Positions 47,635-60,147 of a stretch of DNA of 64,000 bases are shown here, in pieces. The notes below the pieces were generated by a model that was not told the DNA's origin, did no database searches, and saw nothing but the letters and a program-made list of their open reading frames with translations. Source of the DNA: Epithemia pelagica (Eukaryota; Protista; Bacillariophyta). Position 1 is the first letter of the stretch. Every line of letters begins with the position of its first letter. The stretch is taken from contig OX337237.1 of the NCBI GenBank assembly GCA_946965045.2, positions 3,369,039-3,433,038 on the forward strand. Reading direction: 5' to 3'. A program made the translations under genes and the position numbers.

Positions 47635-48003
47635 TACCTTCACCACTCGTCGTCCTACCCTTCCCCACTCACTGAGCACTCACTGAGGAGTAAGTCACTC
47701 CCCACACTCCCACTACCTAAGCCCCAAAAATTACTCTACTTTGATTTTTTTTTCTAATGTTGTGTCGCTATTGCCCTTCTCGGAGTTTAGCCACTCCTCA
47801 CACCCTAGCTCCTCCTCGTCCACCCTCAGCTATTAAAGTACACTTACTACTGTTGCACGTCCGGTGGAGGAGGACACAAAAAAAGGTACAGTATATTTTA
47901 ACGCTGCCGCGCGTACCCGCTAGGGTCTAGGGTATCGTCGACCGACGCGCCCGGCCCCAGAAAACTGAGGCGAGGACTAACAGTACAGGAGATGGATGAA
48001 ATA

Positions 48004-48840
48004 TTACGGGAAATGGTGTGCAGAACGGAGGATAACTGGGCGCCACGTATTGAGCCAGTTCCTCAATTGAATAGAAGTGGTGGCATAGGTGAAATGAACT
48101 TGGGGTGAATCGTAAAACAAAACAGAGTCGGCAGATTGGACCTGTGACCGAAGAGAATATAGTTCGAGAACTTCTCGTTGCGCTTGAGAATAAGCGGAAG
48201 CTTCGATTGATTGTGGAGTATCGCCATGAATATCGTTGTTACGTTGCAACCATAGACGATGCACATGGTGCCAGATGATAGTGTAATGGTAGAAGAAATG
48301 AGGCGAGAGCCGGAGAAAAGTGGAGAGGAAATATCCTGGGAAATAAGGAACTGGTCTTGAAGACGAGACCAATGTAAAGAGAAACGGCCCATGAACACTT
48401 GTTCGAGGCCGATAGTAAGTTGGGAGGCAACTGCGCGTTGGTAAGGGAGCGGAACTGTAGGAAAGGAAGGAGGAACATCATGCAACCTCGAGCGGAGACA
48501 TTCGGTAAGGAGCATGGCGAGATGTGGATCGGCATTCAGAGAAGACCATTGTTTTTCAAGATCGGCAAGGAGCGCAGGAAACCACAAACGGTGAGGACAT
48601 CGAAGAAAGGGAGTCAAGGTCTCGAGAGTCGAAGGACACAAGGGGCAGGAATCTTGGTAATAGGTAGCGTATCTTGATCGTAGATGCCCCAAAGGTAACC
48701 AATCATGTATCAACTTAATGATAAAGTGGCGTTTGGGAAAATTTGCATTAATGGCTCTGCTATGTGACTGCCAGTCGATGCTGTCGAAGGTAGAAAGAGA
48801 CCAATCAAACTTCGTGCACAAATAATGAATCGATCGTTCT
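48004..48840 (-). pseudogene. 5'-truncated non-LTR retrotransposon (LINE) C-terminal remnant with zf-RVT-like finger, frameshifted
   Basis: FDWSLSTFDSIDW...KLIHDWLPLG...CPLCPSTLET..FLRC, QLTIGLEQVFMGRFSLHW, then in another frame WHHVHRLWLQRNNDIHG. Confidence 0.8.
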
Positions 48841-50935
48841 CGAGTAGCGAGCCTGCGGAGAATGGAACGATAGTTGGACACAAGAAGCTGATTGCTGATG
48901 GTATCTTTTTTTGTCGTCTTTCAATAGATCTTCCCCCAAACTGTGATGTGGAGTCCCCCTCCCCCAAAGTCTGTGGAGGCTCTTCCAAATCTTGGTCGCG
49001 GAATGAGGACAGGAATGGCTCGCAGGCGCGCCGACCGAGACGAGCCCTGTCACTCTAATATATCGACAGAGGACGATGGATCTCGTCGCCAAAAGTCTAA
49101 TAGAATCTATACTGCTACACTAATGGGAAACGAGGCATCTACGGTATCATCCCAACGTCAATGGCGTTCGATCCACGGCGATGGCCTTCGTTCGCACAGA
49201 TACAGGCCAAGATAGGCAGCCAAAGAATGATCATCCCAATTGGCAGTCCGTGCTTGGTTTGGACTTGGTCGTCTAAGATTGTGGCCAATCGAGAAACTCT
49301 TTGTCATGAACTGTATCCATTTCAGGAAACACATTGCAGGTATTCCTGGGGGAGCCTCAACAGATGGACCCCTAACATGCATTGCGCAAGGTTGCCAAGG
49401 TCGACAGTTTGCAAGCACCGTACCATGCCATGTACCACGACCCGAGGCAAAAATTGCAGGATGACGAAGCTGACCTGAACCAGTACCACGACAACGACAG
49501 GTACCCGTCATGACCATTGACCAGCAGCAGCAGTACTCTAGCAGGATAGATCAAGAGCAATGCCAACAACAACAGGTCGGTCGAATCACCGTGAACGACT
49601 GATATTTGCACTGTCCAATCATTCAAAACAAGTTCCGACTCGCAACACTACCCATGTCTCCATCCACAGCCTGTACACAGTGTCGTTGCTTTTCGGTCGA
49701 CTCGGTATTCGTTGGGAACCAACAAGCAGACAGACTGTGGAGCCTTCATTGTACTCTACTCCACCACCCTTGGCAAGTGACACCAGCAACAACCACAAAA
49801 TATCTGAAACGAATCCACACCACCTTCAACGCTGTTACGGGTATTCTCCATTGATGCTTCATGGCCTGCAGCAATAACTTTCTTCTTGTTCGGTACTAGA
49901 AGGACTCTTCTTTTCGCCACCAGAAATGAACCACTCAATTCCCAATGTCCACCTTTTCTTGTTGGGACCCACCAAAAAATTGTTATTCTGTTACTAGAGG
50001 GGATTGAAAACAACCCTTGGTTGCCAGGAATGAGTATTCTGCCATTCTTGTGGTGCGAGTCGAGAGGATGACGGAGGAGCGCATGTCCAATCGGTATACT
50101 GCTAGTTCCCAAGGGCGTTGGGCAAAGCTCGGACATTGGCGGAAAAGAGAGACGACGTAATGACGAACATGTGCACAATCAGTGCAGTGCAGCAACGGGT
50201 GTAGCAGCGGTAGTACCGAGGATGCAGAAACGTTGACGATGCGTCATTCCTCATCCACAAAACTCCCTCTGTATGCTTTCTCTTACGGCTAAAGAGCCTC
50301 GACATGGTCTGCCCAAGACCCCACATTGCCCGTGCGCAATCATCGTTTGTAATGAGACTCTCGATCGACCAAGTGGTCCCAGCAGTTGGTAGTCTTCCCA
50401 ACAAAATCCCGAACAAAATCCTAACGCTAGATTAGCAACAAGAACACACGTGATCCACCGGGCCAAAACAAGTATGGTGGAAGCAAATCCTCTTCTGATT
50501 TACTGCATTCGTCTTCAACGTGAGGAAAGATCCGCAATGCTGGGTCCATGGAATCTCTTGTTTCGTGTATAGTGTACATCACCGTCCCGTGGGTCCCTCA
50601 GTAAGGCTGTTATCAAAAGCTGAGACTCGGACTGGAAAGAGATCCTCTAGGTAGTCATCGGAAGAACCTATGGACACAAGTGGTCGTCTGTCTCGCCATG
50701 AGGTTTATTTCGATGTCCAAAAACTTTCATGGAACTCCAAACAAGAATGCGTGGTCTTCTTCATTGCAGGGCTACAGTCACGATTTGTCTCGTGACGAAG
50801 CTCCTACCCCTCTTTGGTCCATCCATTTTGTGCAGTCAGTCGTGCTTCCAGTCCGCACCCATCAGTAGCAAACCCAGCCTCACTTTCAATGCAGTCTTTG
50901 TCCTCCTAAATTCTGCAGTGGAAACGTTTGCAACC

Positions 50936-51298
50936 ATGGCCACCACACTGCAAGAACAAGCGTGGCAGTCGGGCCTTGTCATATCAAAAGAGACAGCAGA
51001 ATGGAATGAAGCCGATTGGCCTCCGCTCGAGGGAGGATGGCGTGTAGGTCATGCTTCGGTGGTACTTAATCATCCCGATAATGACGACGATATCAACAAC
51101 AAGGGACAAACCGTCATCGTGTTGGGTGGATATCAAGCAGGTCAAGGCCAGCTCAATTCCGTTCTGTTATTGAATCTGGCAGACCAAAACAAACAGTGGA
51201 GAGAAGGGCCACCCATGAACAAGAAACGTGATGAACATAGCGCTGTTGTGTGTAATGGAGACATTTATGTGGTAGGAGGATACAGTGAAGGGTTGCAT
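50936..51298 (+). pseudogene. Kelch copy K10, cut in blade 2 by the Copia-A LTR
   Basis: MATTLQEQAW... up to GGYSEGLH, directly followed by TGTTGA at 51299. Confidence 0.88.
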
Positions 51299-51521
51299 TG
51301 TTGAGGATAGCAGAGCAACCGGTGAATATAGAGGACCAAGGTGCGACTGGCGACAGGAAGAAGGATCTGAAAGATACGGAATCATGGACCTTGGTTTGTC
51401 GACGTGGCAAAAGCAACAAAAGAACGAACAAGAGAGCCAACGCTCATTCAATGGAGAATACGTAGTTCGATAAGCCTATAAAGAGTTGCTTTTACGGCAT
51501 GGCTTGTTAGAAGTTTCAACA
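51299..51521 (+). mobile_element. Putative 5' LTR of Copia-A (223 bp)
   Basis: Begins TGTTGA and ends TCAACA (6-bp terminal inverted repeat), exactly at the K10 breakpoint and upstream of gag-pol. No partner LTR in the window to confirm. Confidence 0.7.
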
Positions 51522-51586
51522 TATTCTCCATTGAAAAATTCTTATCATTACACCAAGTACCTCCGTTGTTGACGTGAAGTACTCTT

Positions 51587-52260
51587 ATGAGTGAAGAGGG
51601 AACAAACAAGCTTTATTATCGGAACTGGCCCAACTCACTATCGAACAAGAGGATCTCTTACACGAAGCGGAACAGCGCTACCAACAACGCTTTCGCACCA
51701 AGGAGGTGCAGCATCGCGAGGCCATCGCTGCACTGGAGCGACAACGAGAAATCGAGAGAGACAACGATTACGAGGAAACGGAGATTCGGAAACAGCTGAT
51801 CTTCGAGGAGACGCAGGAAAAGCGACGCAAGTTGCTAGCCAAGATTAAGCGTGCTGAGCAAGGTCCATCAACCTGCGTGGCTACATACCCGGAGCACTCC
51901 GCTGAAGCGTATCTTGTGGAACCGAACCAAGAAGACAATTCGGAAGAGAATCAAGACCGTCGTTCATCTCCAGTGGCTCTCGTTGACCTGATCCGAGAAA
52001 CACCTGACGGTGAAATCGAAACGGAAACAATCATTCCTGCTATTCCGCCACAAAGAGGCGTACTCCCACGTTGGATTCCAATTGGAACTCGAGTCTGGGT
52101 GTTGAATACTCTCAAGTTGAAGGAAACAGTGGGACGAACACACCTCCAAGGCACAGTGTCACGCCACGGAACCCTATACCACTTCATCAAGATTTGGAAT
52201 CCCATCACGAAAGATACAGAAGAACACCGCCGCCATTGTGACAGTATTGCGATTGTCTAG
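51587..52260 (+). CDS. Extra ORF upstream of Copia-A gag (unknown function; probable 1-nt frameshift near 51600)
   Basis: Frame open from 51595 to 52260 (coiled-coil-like N-part; C-part WIPIGTRVWVLN...GTV...FIKI). ATG 51587 is one base out of frame. The stop lies 5 nt before the gag ATG. Confidence 0.55.
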
Positions 52261-52265
52261 ACAAG

Positions 52266-55200
52266 ATGTCTCAACAAGGCAGCGCAACTCGTCCAGACAC
52301 GGTTGAGTCTAGCTCCCGATCGAATGGACAACAACGTCAAGGCAGAGGCGGACGAGGAAGAGGACGAGGATGGCAGAATCAGGCGCAACAATCCAACTCG
52401 CTGTCGCTTAAAGAATGCATTTTCGATTATAGTGAGGACCCGCAGTCGAAGCGGTATCTACGAAACGTCGAGTTACTGATCGGCTACGTTGGTAGTAATT
52501 TTGATCGACACAATCAAGAGTTCCAACAAGCACTCGAAGCATTGGAACTACCCGACCCAGAGGAAGCAACAAAACCAAAAGACCCCACCGATATGATCCA
52601 GATGGAAGAGTGGAAGATGGCGTACAAGGCACGCCAGGAGCAGATGGTCCTCTACAAAAACTTTCGGGCAGCGCTATACAGCTTGATTATGGGACAGTGT
52701 ACCCCTCTACTCAAGGATAAGCTGCAGGCCCACGAGACTTTTGGAGAGATCAAGAAGCTGCGTGATGGTGTAGATCTCTTGAAACTTATCAAGCAAATCA
52801 CATTCACCTTTGATTCCGGACGCATATTCACTCTGGTCGCACGAGATAAGCTCAAGGAAGATTTCTATAGTCTGAGGCGACAAAACAACCAAAGTCTCCA
52901 TTCCTATTACGAGGTCTTCCGAGCCAAAGTCAAGGTCATGAATGAAGCTGGGATCGTCCTTTACGATAAGGACATGCTGGAACGAGTGGCCAAGGAAAAG
53001 AAACACACAGAACCTTCTCCTGATGACCATGAGGACGCTCAAAATCGTTGCATAGCCATTCGATTCATCCGGTCTTGTGGCAACAAGGACTACGAAGCAC
53101 ATTTGCAAAATATGTTCTTGGATGGACAGAATGTGTATCCCAAGAAGCTTGCCGATGCTCGTGCGATCCTGGACAATCGAATGACAGGAAAACCAAAGAA
53201 CAATCCTGGTCAGAGCAACGGTCAGCCCGACAATGCCACCGGTGTGGCGTATTTAACAAGTGGAGAGACGAGTTTGCCAGATTCCACTCTGACAGGCCAC
53301 TCCAATGCGACAACTGCAACAAGAACACAAGCAAGTGGCTCCCAAGCAGCAACAACACAGAGTCGCGCAAATCGAACCGACTCACAAGCCGAGGGTAACA
53401 ATGAATCCAACCGAGGTGTGCTAACCTCATCAAACAGGGGCTCATCCGTCAACTGCGACTCACCTGATTATGTTTTCTCTTCCTCTACCATGCAGGCTAG
53501 CATTCCCCCTCAATGGCTGTTACTGGACAATCAGTCCACCGTTGACATCATCAAAGATCCATCCTTATTAAAAAATATTCATTTGTCTGAGACTCCCATC
53601 GTCATTCAGAGTCATGCCGGACAGAGGACTCTTCAGTTGCGAGGACTCCTGCCTGGATACGGCATCGTATGGCATGACCCGGTGGGTCCAGCCAACATCA
53701 TCTCCCTAAACAACGCACACACGAGATTTCACATCAAATACGACAGCGACCATGGAAACTCATTTGCCTTGCATGACCGAGCCACTGGTAGGCTAAAACA
53801 CAAGTTCAATCCAAGCCCAGAAGGTTTATTCTATCTCGGTACATCGATGTTACAGAGTAGCTTCGTAACCACTGTTAGCGAAAACGAAGACTCTTACTCA
53901 CCAGAAGAAATTCGTAGAGCCAAGATGGCCAGATCACTCCTAGCGAAGATAGGAAGGCCTTCTACCAAGGATTATCTTCATATCCTAAGGCACAACCTAC
54001 TACCAAACGCTAACATTACTACTGACGATGTACACAGGGCCGAGAAGATCTACGGTCAAGATTTGGGAACGCTCAAAGGCAAGACAACTAGACGCAAGTC
54101 TCCATTTGTCGACACGTCCACGACAGTACCACCTCGCATTGCTGAGGAGCACAAGGATGTCACGTTGACTATTGATGTCATGCACGTGAACAATGTACCC
54201 TTCCTTGTTACCACATCAAGGAAAATACATTTCTGTACGATGGACGCCATACAATCAACCACCGATGCCAATATTATACAATCCCTGAAAAAGACTGTAG
54301 CAGTTTACCGACGTGGGGGGATTCGACCGCGAATTGTGTTGGCTGATGGTGCATTCACAAGTGATGATATGCAAGCCAATCTTCAACTCCTCGGCATCAC
54401 CATCAACCCCACTGCCAGGGATGAGCATGTAGGTGATGTGGAACGCTACATCAGGACTGTTAAGGAGAGGATGCGCTGCGTTTATAACACGCTTCCTTTC
54501 GAGGCCCTGCCGAAGATCATGTTGATTGAACTGGCCAAATTTGCTACTTTCTGGTTAAACTGCTTCCCACATCATACCGGCATCTCCAAAACACAAAGTC
54601 CACGCCTACTCGTGACTGGAGAGCATGTCGACTTCAACAAACATTGTCGGTACGAATTTGGCCAATACGTGCAGTGCCATGAGCAGCACGATAACACCAT
54701 GGCCCCAAGAACCATCGGAGCTATCGCATTGAGGCCAACCGGTAATCGGCAGGGAACTTATTACTTCCTTAGCCACACTAGCGGCAGAGTAATCACAAGG
54801 AATCATGCCACCGCTTTACCTAGTATGCCAGAAGAAGTCATTCAACGTGTGCACCAGTTGGCACAAAGTCAGGAAATGCAACCGGGCTTAGCGTTCGGCA
54901 ATTGGGACAACAGAATCTTGTTCTTAGATGAGAACAATGAACTGTTTGATGATGATGACGATTCCTATGAAGATGAACAGGACATGGACGAGGATCTGCA
55001 ATATGACGATGATCTAGTGGAGAACGAACTAGCTGAAGAGAACGTGCCTGGTGCTGATAATGTCATAAACGAGCCAGAGCCCAACCATCCGTTGGATAAT
55101 CTGGATCTTGAACCTTTGGAAATCCAAGGAGTGGGGGCAGAAGCCAATCTGCCTGATCCGGTAGACGATGACCAATATTATGATGCGCAAGAACAAGACA

Positions 55201-55945
55201 ATAACGATGCGATCAATGATGATGCTATGGAGGATGTGGATATGGATGATGATGATGATGAGGCTGATGGAGGGGAGCTAGCCGGTGGAATGGAGGAGGA
55301 GAAAGATGAAGAAGCATCTGAGAAAGAAGAAGAAGCATCTATTACGGTTGAGGAAGTGGGGATGGATGATGCAGAACATGAACAGGAGAACAACAACCAA
55401 CCCCAAAATGAACCCCGATACAATTTACGGCCGAATCGACAACGAAGCTATGCCCACCGATACGGACATTCTTATGCCGCAGTGGACAAGCTTCAGCGTG
55501 GACGTTACGATGGTTATTTGAGAGATGGAATCCTGTATTTGGTATCAACTGAAATCAATATGGCTACACCACAAATGCCAATGAAGAAAGGCATCAAGTT
55601 GTTCGGTGATAAAGGCGTGGCTGCTGTGAAAGTAGAGATACAGCAGTTACACGACCGCGGTGTTCTACGGGCTGTTCATAAAACTGATCTAACTTGGAAT
55701 CAAGTGTAGGAAGCGTTAGGATACTTGATGTTCCTAAAACGCAAGCGCTGTGGCAAAATCAAAGGAAGAGGCTGCGCTGACGGGAGAAAGCAACGGGCGT
55801 ATATTGATAAACCCGACTCGGCATCACCCACAGCTGCTACTGAATCCGTTTTCATCACTGCCGTGATTGACGCTCTAGAACGACGCGTGGTTGCAGTAGC
55901 TGATATACCAGGGGCGTTCATGCACTCCGACATGGACCCCGACAG
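52266..55945 (+). mobile_element. Ty1/Copia (CoDi-like) element A: gag, protease, integrase and N-terminal RT; nonsense at 55707-55709; truncated at ~55945
   Basis: WLLLDNQSTVD (protease); LAKIGRPS (pre-integrase); TIDVMHV / LADGAF / VERYIRTVKER (DDE); RT KGRGCADGRKQR and VADIPGAFMH. Confidence 0.93.
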
Positions 55946-58575
55946 GTGGGGTAGGCAAATGGATGTATCATCCATAATCGACGCCGTGTGCGCGATGCCG
56001 CCTTTGCCGTCGTCATAGTTATCGCCGTTGGCTTTTCTTGCCGCTGCTCTCGCGGCTTGTTCTTTGTTGATTTGATTTGTCAGTGCCAACAGAAGGAGGC
56101 ATGAGAATAATGGGCTGAGAGGACAGCCCTGTGGGAATCCTTCCTCTTGGAGGAAGTAATCTGGATTGTGGTTTGCATCGAAGAACCATGATTGGCAAGG
56201 TTTGCCCGTGAGCAAGTCATAGAGGGGGACCAGTGGTGCGGTAGCTGGATCGTTGATGAGAATTTCTCGTGCTGCCGTCCTTGAAGTGCTGTTGAACATG
56301 TTGCGAAGGTCCAATAGGAGGAGGCTGCGTGATGGTAAGTTGTCTTCGTTGTCACAGTGGATATATTTGTGCACGGCTGCCGTGGTGGTTTGGGCAACGA
56401 AATCCATGCCACCTGGAGTTTGAATTCCGTATTGTCCTCCCTTGAGGAGGATGGGCCGTACTGCATCAGTCATGTGTACTAACGCTGTTTTTGCCGCGAG
56501 TCGTCGCAGGGCGATTCCGATGCCTATGGGCCGGAGTTTTTCCAAATTTGTCAGATCTTTGTGGAGGGCCAAGAAGTAGTTTCCCGCTAGGAGTGTTTGG
56601 ATTGTTGTTGGTATTTGTCCCGTAACAATCAACTGGGTCAGTGCCATGAGGTTGGAAAAGTATGGTCTGGTGGCGTCAGGTGTGTTTGCTGTTTTATGCA
56701 ACGCCATTGAGACGAGTGCGTCCGTGCAAGTGGCGTACGGGCCCGAGGCGGTTCCTGGTTTCATTTGGCGCAAGGACAGTTCGAAAAGGTCCTTGGTGAG
56801 TTGCAAGTGTTGTCTTGCTGGTGGCGGAGATTGCACAGTTCCTGTTGCTCTTGTTCCTGGTGGGGGGTTCCGCCGTTTCGGAAACAGTTCTTGTATTCTT
56901 GCAATCCGTGGCGGGGTGAGTTTTGCTGTGGGCATATGCGACATCAAGCGCTTGTACGCTGTCGTGTAATTTCCGACGTTTGCTGCGTGTTGTGCAGACT
57001 TCAGTCTGTTCGGGGGCAGTTGTGTCGTCGTTTGTGGTTGTTGGTGGTGTCTTGACGGTTTCTTTGGTTTGTTTCTGTTGGTGTGCCGGTGGTTGGTCGG
57101 CAGTGGTTGTGGGTTCCAGGTCATTTCGTGTAATTCTTTGATCCGGCCATTCTTGAAGAGGCTTACTCGTGTGCGGAGGGCGTCGGAGTGTGTCTTGTGT
57201 ACGGTTCCTTTGATAGGTGCGAGTAACAGGGGTTCAAGCAGCACCAGAAGTTTCCAAAACGGGGTGCTGTCATTGTTCCATGCTGGTGGTTGGTCATCTC
57301 GGAGGACAGAGGGGTGTAGTTCCGGGGTGGATTCATGAAACGACGGTGTTGTAACAGACGAAAAACTCTCGACGCAGTGGGTGCTTGAGTTTGTGCCAAG
57401 TGGTGCGGCGAAAGGGTGGCGGCTGGGGTTGGAGTTGGTGTAGCCAGGCTATGCTCTCTTTCCAGTGTGCTTGTGCCTGTGGGGATAGATGTCGGTAGGT
57501 GGTTGTAACTAGGTCAATGTTTGTTTTTTTCCTACTATGTTTTGTTGTTATATGTTGTTTGAGGTGCCCTGGTGTGGTGTAGATGGTGCTGGGAGTGTCG
57601 CAGTGTCGGCAAATGTGGAAACTGTGAGTTGTGCAGTATTCAGGGGTCATGTAGTCGGTTGGTGACGTTTCTTTGTGTTGGGTGATGAGGTGCTCTTTAA
57701 GAGCCGCCTGTGGTTTTCTGTTGATTGTTGGCACCTGCCAGTTGCAGTTGGGGACTGGGCAGTGCCGTATTCGTTGTGCCTGCCTACTCATTTGGCTCCT
57801 TGGCCCATGTATCATGCGGGACCACATGGCCGGTGCGGGTGCCGGCGATGGTGGGAGGACCCGTCTCTACCAACGACTGGGCGTACTCCCACGCATCTTG
57901 CGCGTCTGTGTCCGTTGCAAAGGACCTTGTGTTTTCCAGATACCTCCTGATTTTTTTGGGAGGCGGGATGGGTTGTTTTCTCGGACGTACGAGAAGATCA
58001 TTGCGATTTCATCACCGGTCGGGGCGGATTGTCCGTTGTGGTGGTCGTCCTCTGGTGTAAGCAACGAGTGGGAGTGGTTGTCCCATTCGTCGGCGTCAGC
58101 CATCTCTTCGTCTTCGTCGTTGGAGTGGCGGCTTTGGTTGTGGTTGCTTTCGACGTTGTCGTCGTCGGACAGTTCGTCGGCCAAGTCGTCATATTGGTTT
58201 GCTCGTTTTTTGGCTTTTGGTTTTCCGTCGTCTGGGTGTGTTGGGTTCTGCAACTGTGGGGATTTGGCTATAACAGTCTGCCAATCGGTACTGTCGTCGT
58301 TTGGGTCCGATTTCTCGCTGTGGTCGCTGGAGTCGTGGTTTGGTGCTGCTCGTTTTGTTGGTGGTGGTGTTCCCGGGGGGCTTGCGCGATTTGTTTTTCC
58401 GCGGTTGGTAGGTTTCCGACGTAAGAGTCGGTCGGTGAACTCGAGAAGGCGTGAAGTGTGGCTCGACGGTGTTGAGTTGCCTTGTTGTTGGGTGGTGGAC
58501 TCTGGGGAGGGGGGAGTCGCGGCGATTGCGGCCAGCGAAGGGAGAAGTATGTTGGTTGGGAATCCATTGTGCTGC
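55946..58575 (-). mobile_element. CRE-clade non-LTR retrotransposon: N-terminal C2H2 fingers and RT; 3'-truncated; stop at 57869-57867 and frameshift near 57340
   Basis: CPVPNC...HLITQH and CRHC...HLKQHITTKH; RT motifs LRPIGIGIALRRLAAK, QYGI..PGG, LLDLRNMFNS, GFPQGCPLSP, IMDD. The sequence after the DD motif is missing. Confidence 0.85.
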
Positions 58576-58576
58576 C

Positions 58577-60147
58577 GAAAGATACGTGTACATCTTGTCT
58601 TTGACGTAAAACATGATGGACGACATAAAGCAAGACTTGTCGCAGATGGACATCTCACAAAAGAACCTGTTGAGACAATCTATTCAGGTGTTGTTTCCAT
58701 TCGCAACCTCCGCATTGCCTTATTCCTGGGTACTTTGAATGACTTGGAAATATGGGGAGCAGATATTGGAAACGCATATCTGGAAGCCTTGACAGGGGAG
58801 AAAATTTTCATTGTCGCAGGACCTGAATTCAAGGAATTAGAAGGTCACATCCTGATTATATACAAGGCACTTTATGGATTGAAGTCATCAGGCGCACGCT
58901 GGCATGATGTCTTATTCGATGTTTTGACAGACATGGGATTTTCACCAAGCAAAGCAGATCCGGATATCTGGATGAGGAAAGCACCTGGAGAAGACTGTTA
59001 CGAATACATTGCCGTATACGTTGATGACTTAGCCATTATTTCTACTGATCCTGGGAATATCTGCAAGATCCTGAAGGAGAAATACAACTTCAAACTCAAA
59101 GGAGATGGACCTATTGATTTCCACTTGGGATGTTGTTACACCAAGGATTCTGATGGAACATTAGTAGCAGATCCAAGACGCTACATTGGTAAGATGATGG
59201 ACACTTTCGAACGAATCTTCAAGGAGAAACCCAAGAAAGCCAAAACACCTCTTATTGGTGGAGACCATCCTGAATTGGATGATTCTGAGCTCCTTGATGA
59301 AGAAGGTACTAGCCATTTCCAAACTCTGATTGGACAACTCCAATGGGTGATCACTATTGGTCGTTTCGACGTCTTCACCGCTACAATGACGCTATCACGC
59401 TTTCGTGCTGCTCCGAGGAAAGGACATCTTGATAGAGCCAAGCGTATCTATGGATATCTTGCACATCTCCCAGAAGGCGCAATCAGATTTAGGATTGGAG
59501 AGCCTGATTATTCAAGTCTTCCTACCCAAGAATTTGATTGGACTCGCACTGTCTATTCGAATGCAAGTGAACGTATTCCTGAAGACTGCCCAACACCTCT
59601 TGGCCGCTATGTTACCACAACTCATTATGTTGATGCCAATCTCATGCATGACATAGTCACTGGTAAATCCGTCACTGCTGTTCTACATTTGTTGAACGGA
59701 ACACCTATTGACTGGTACAGCAAGAGACAGAGCACGGTGGAAACTGCTACCTATGGATCCAAGTTTGTGGCTGCAAGGACAGCAATAGATCAGATTACAG
59801 AATTACGACATTCTCTCCGCTACCTTGGAGTACCTATCCGAGAGCGAAGTTACATGTACGGAATTAACAGATCTGTTGTGCTCAATGCAACCGTTCCTCA
59901 TTCCATACTATCCAAGAGACACCATCTTCTGTCATACCACCGAGTTCGTGAAGCCATCGCAGCAAAGTATGTTGCATTCTACTGGAAAAGTGGAAAGACC
60001 AACCCTGCCGATATCCTTAGCAAACATTGGGATTTCGTATCTATTTGGCCCATGCTCAAGCCATTGTTGTTTTGGAAAGGAGAAGTTCAAGACCTCAACA
60101 AATCCAATGATGACAAGGCTGAAACGACGAGTTGTGGGGAGTGTTAG
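58577..60147 (+). mobile_element. Ty1/Copia (CoDi-like) element B: RT and RNase H, 5'-truncated; RNase H catalytic residues altered
   Basis: KIRVHLVFDVKHDG, KARLVADG, ADIGNAYL, KALYGLKSSG, YVDDL; RNase H YVDAN, GSKFVAA (E>K), YGINRS (D>I), NPADILSK. Confidence 0.93.

Noticed and set aside
51586-51592. TTATGAG as a half-tRNA-iMet primer site for Copia-A
   Set aside because: Only 7 nt long and about 65 nt from the LTR end; the 14-nt self-complement adjacent to the LTR is the stronger signal.
55700-55945. C-terminal extension of the 514-aa CRE ORF
   Set aside because: Antisense read-through into Copia-A after the truncation point.
57673-60147. 824-aa ORF as a single gene
   Set aside because: Chimeric: the first ~300 aa are the antisense of the CRE element, and only the part from ~58577 is Copia RT/RNase H.
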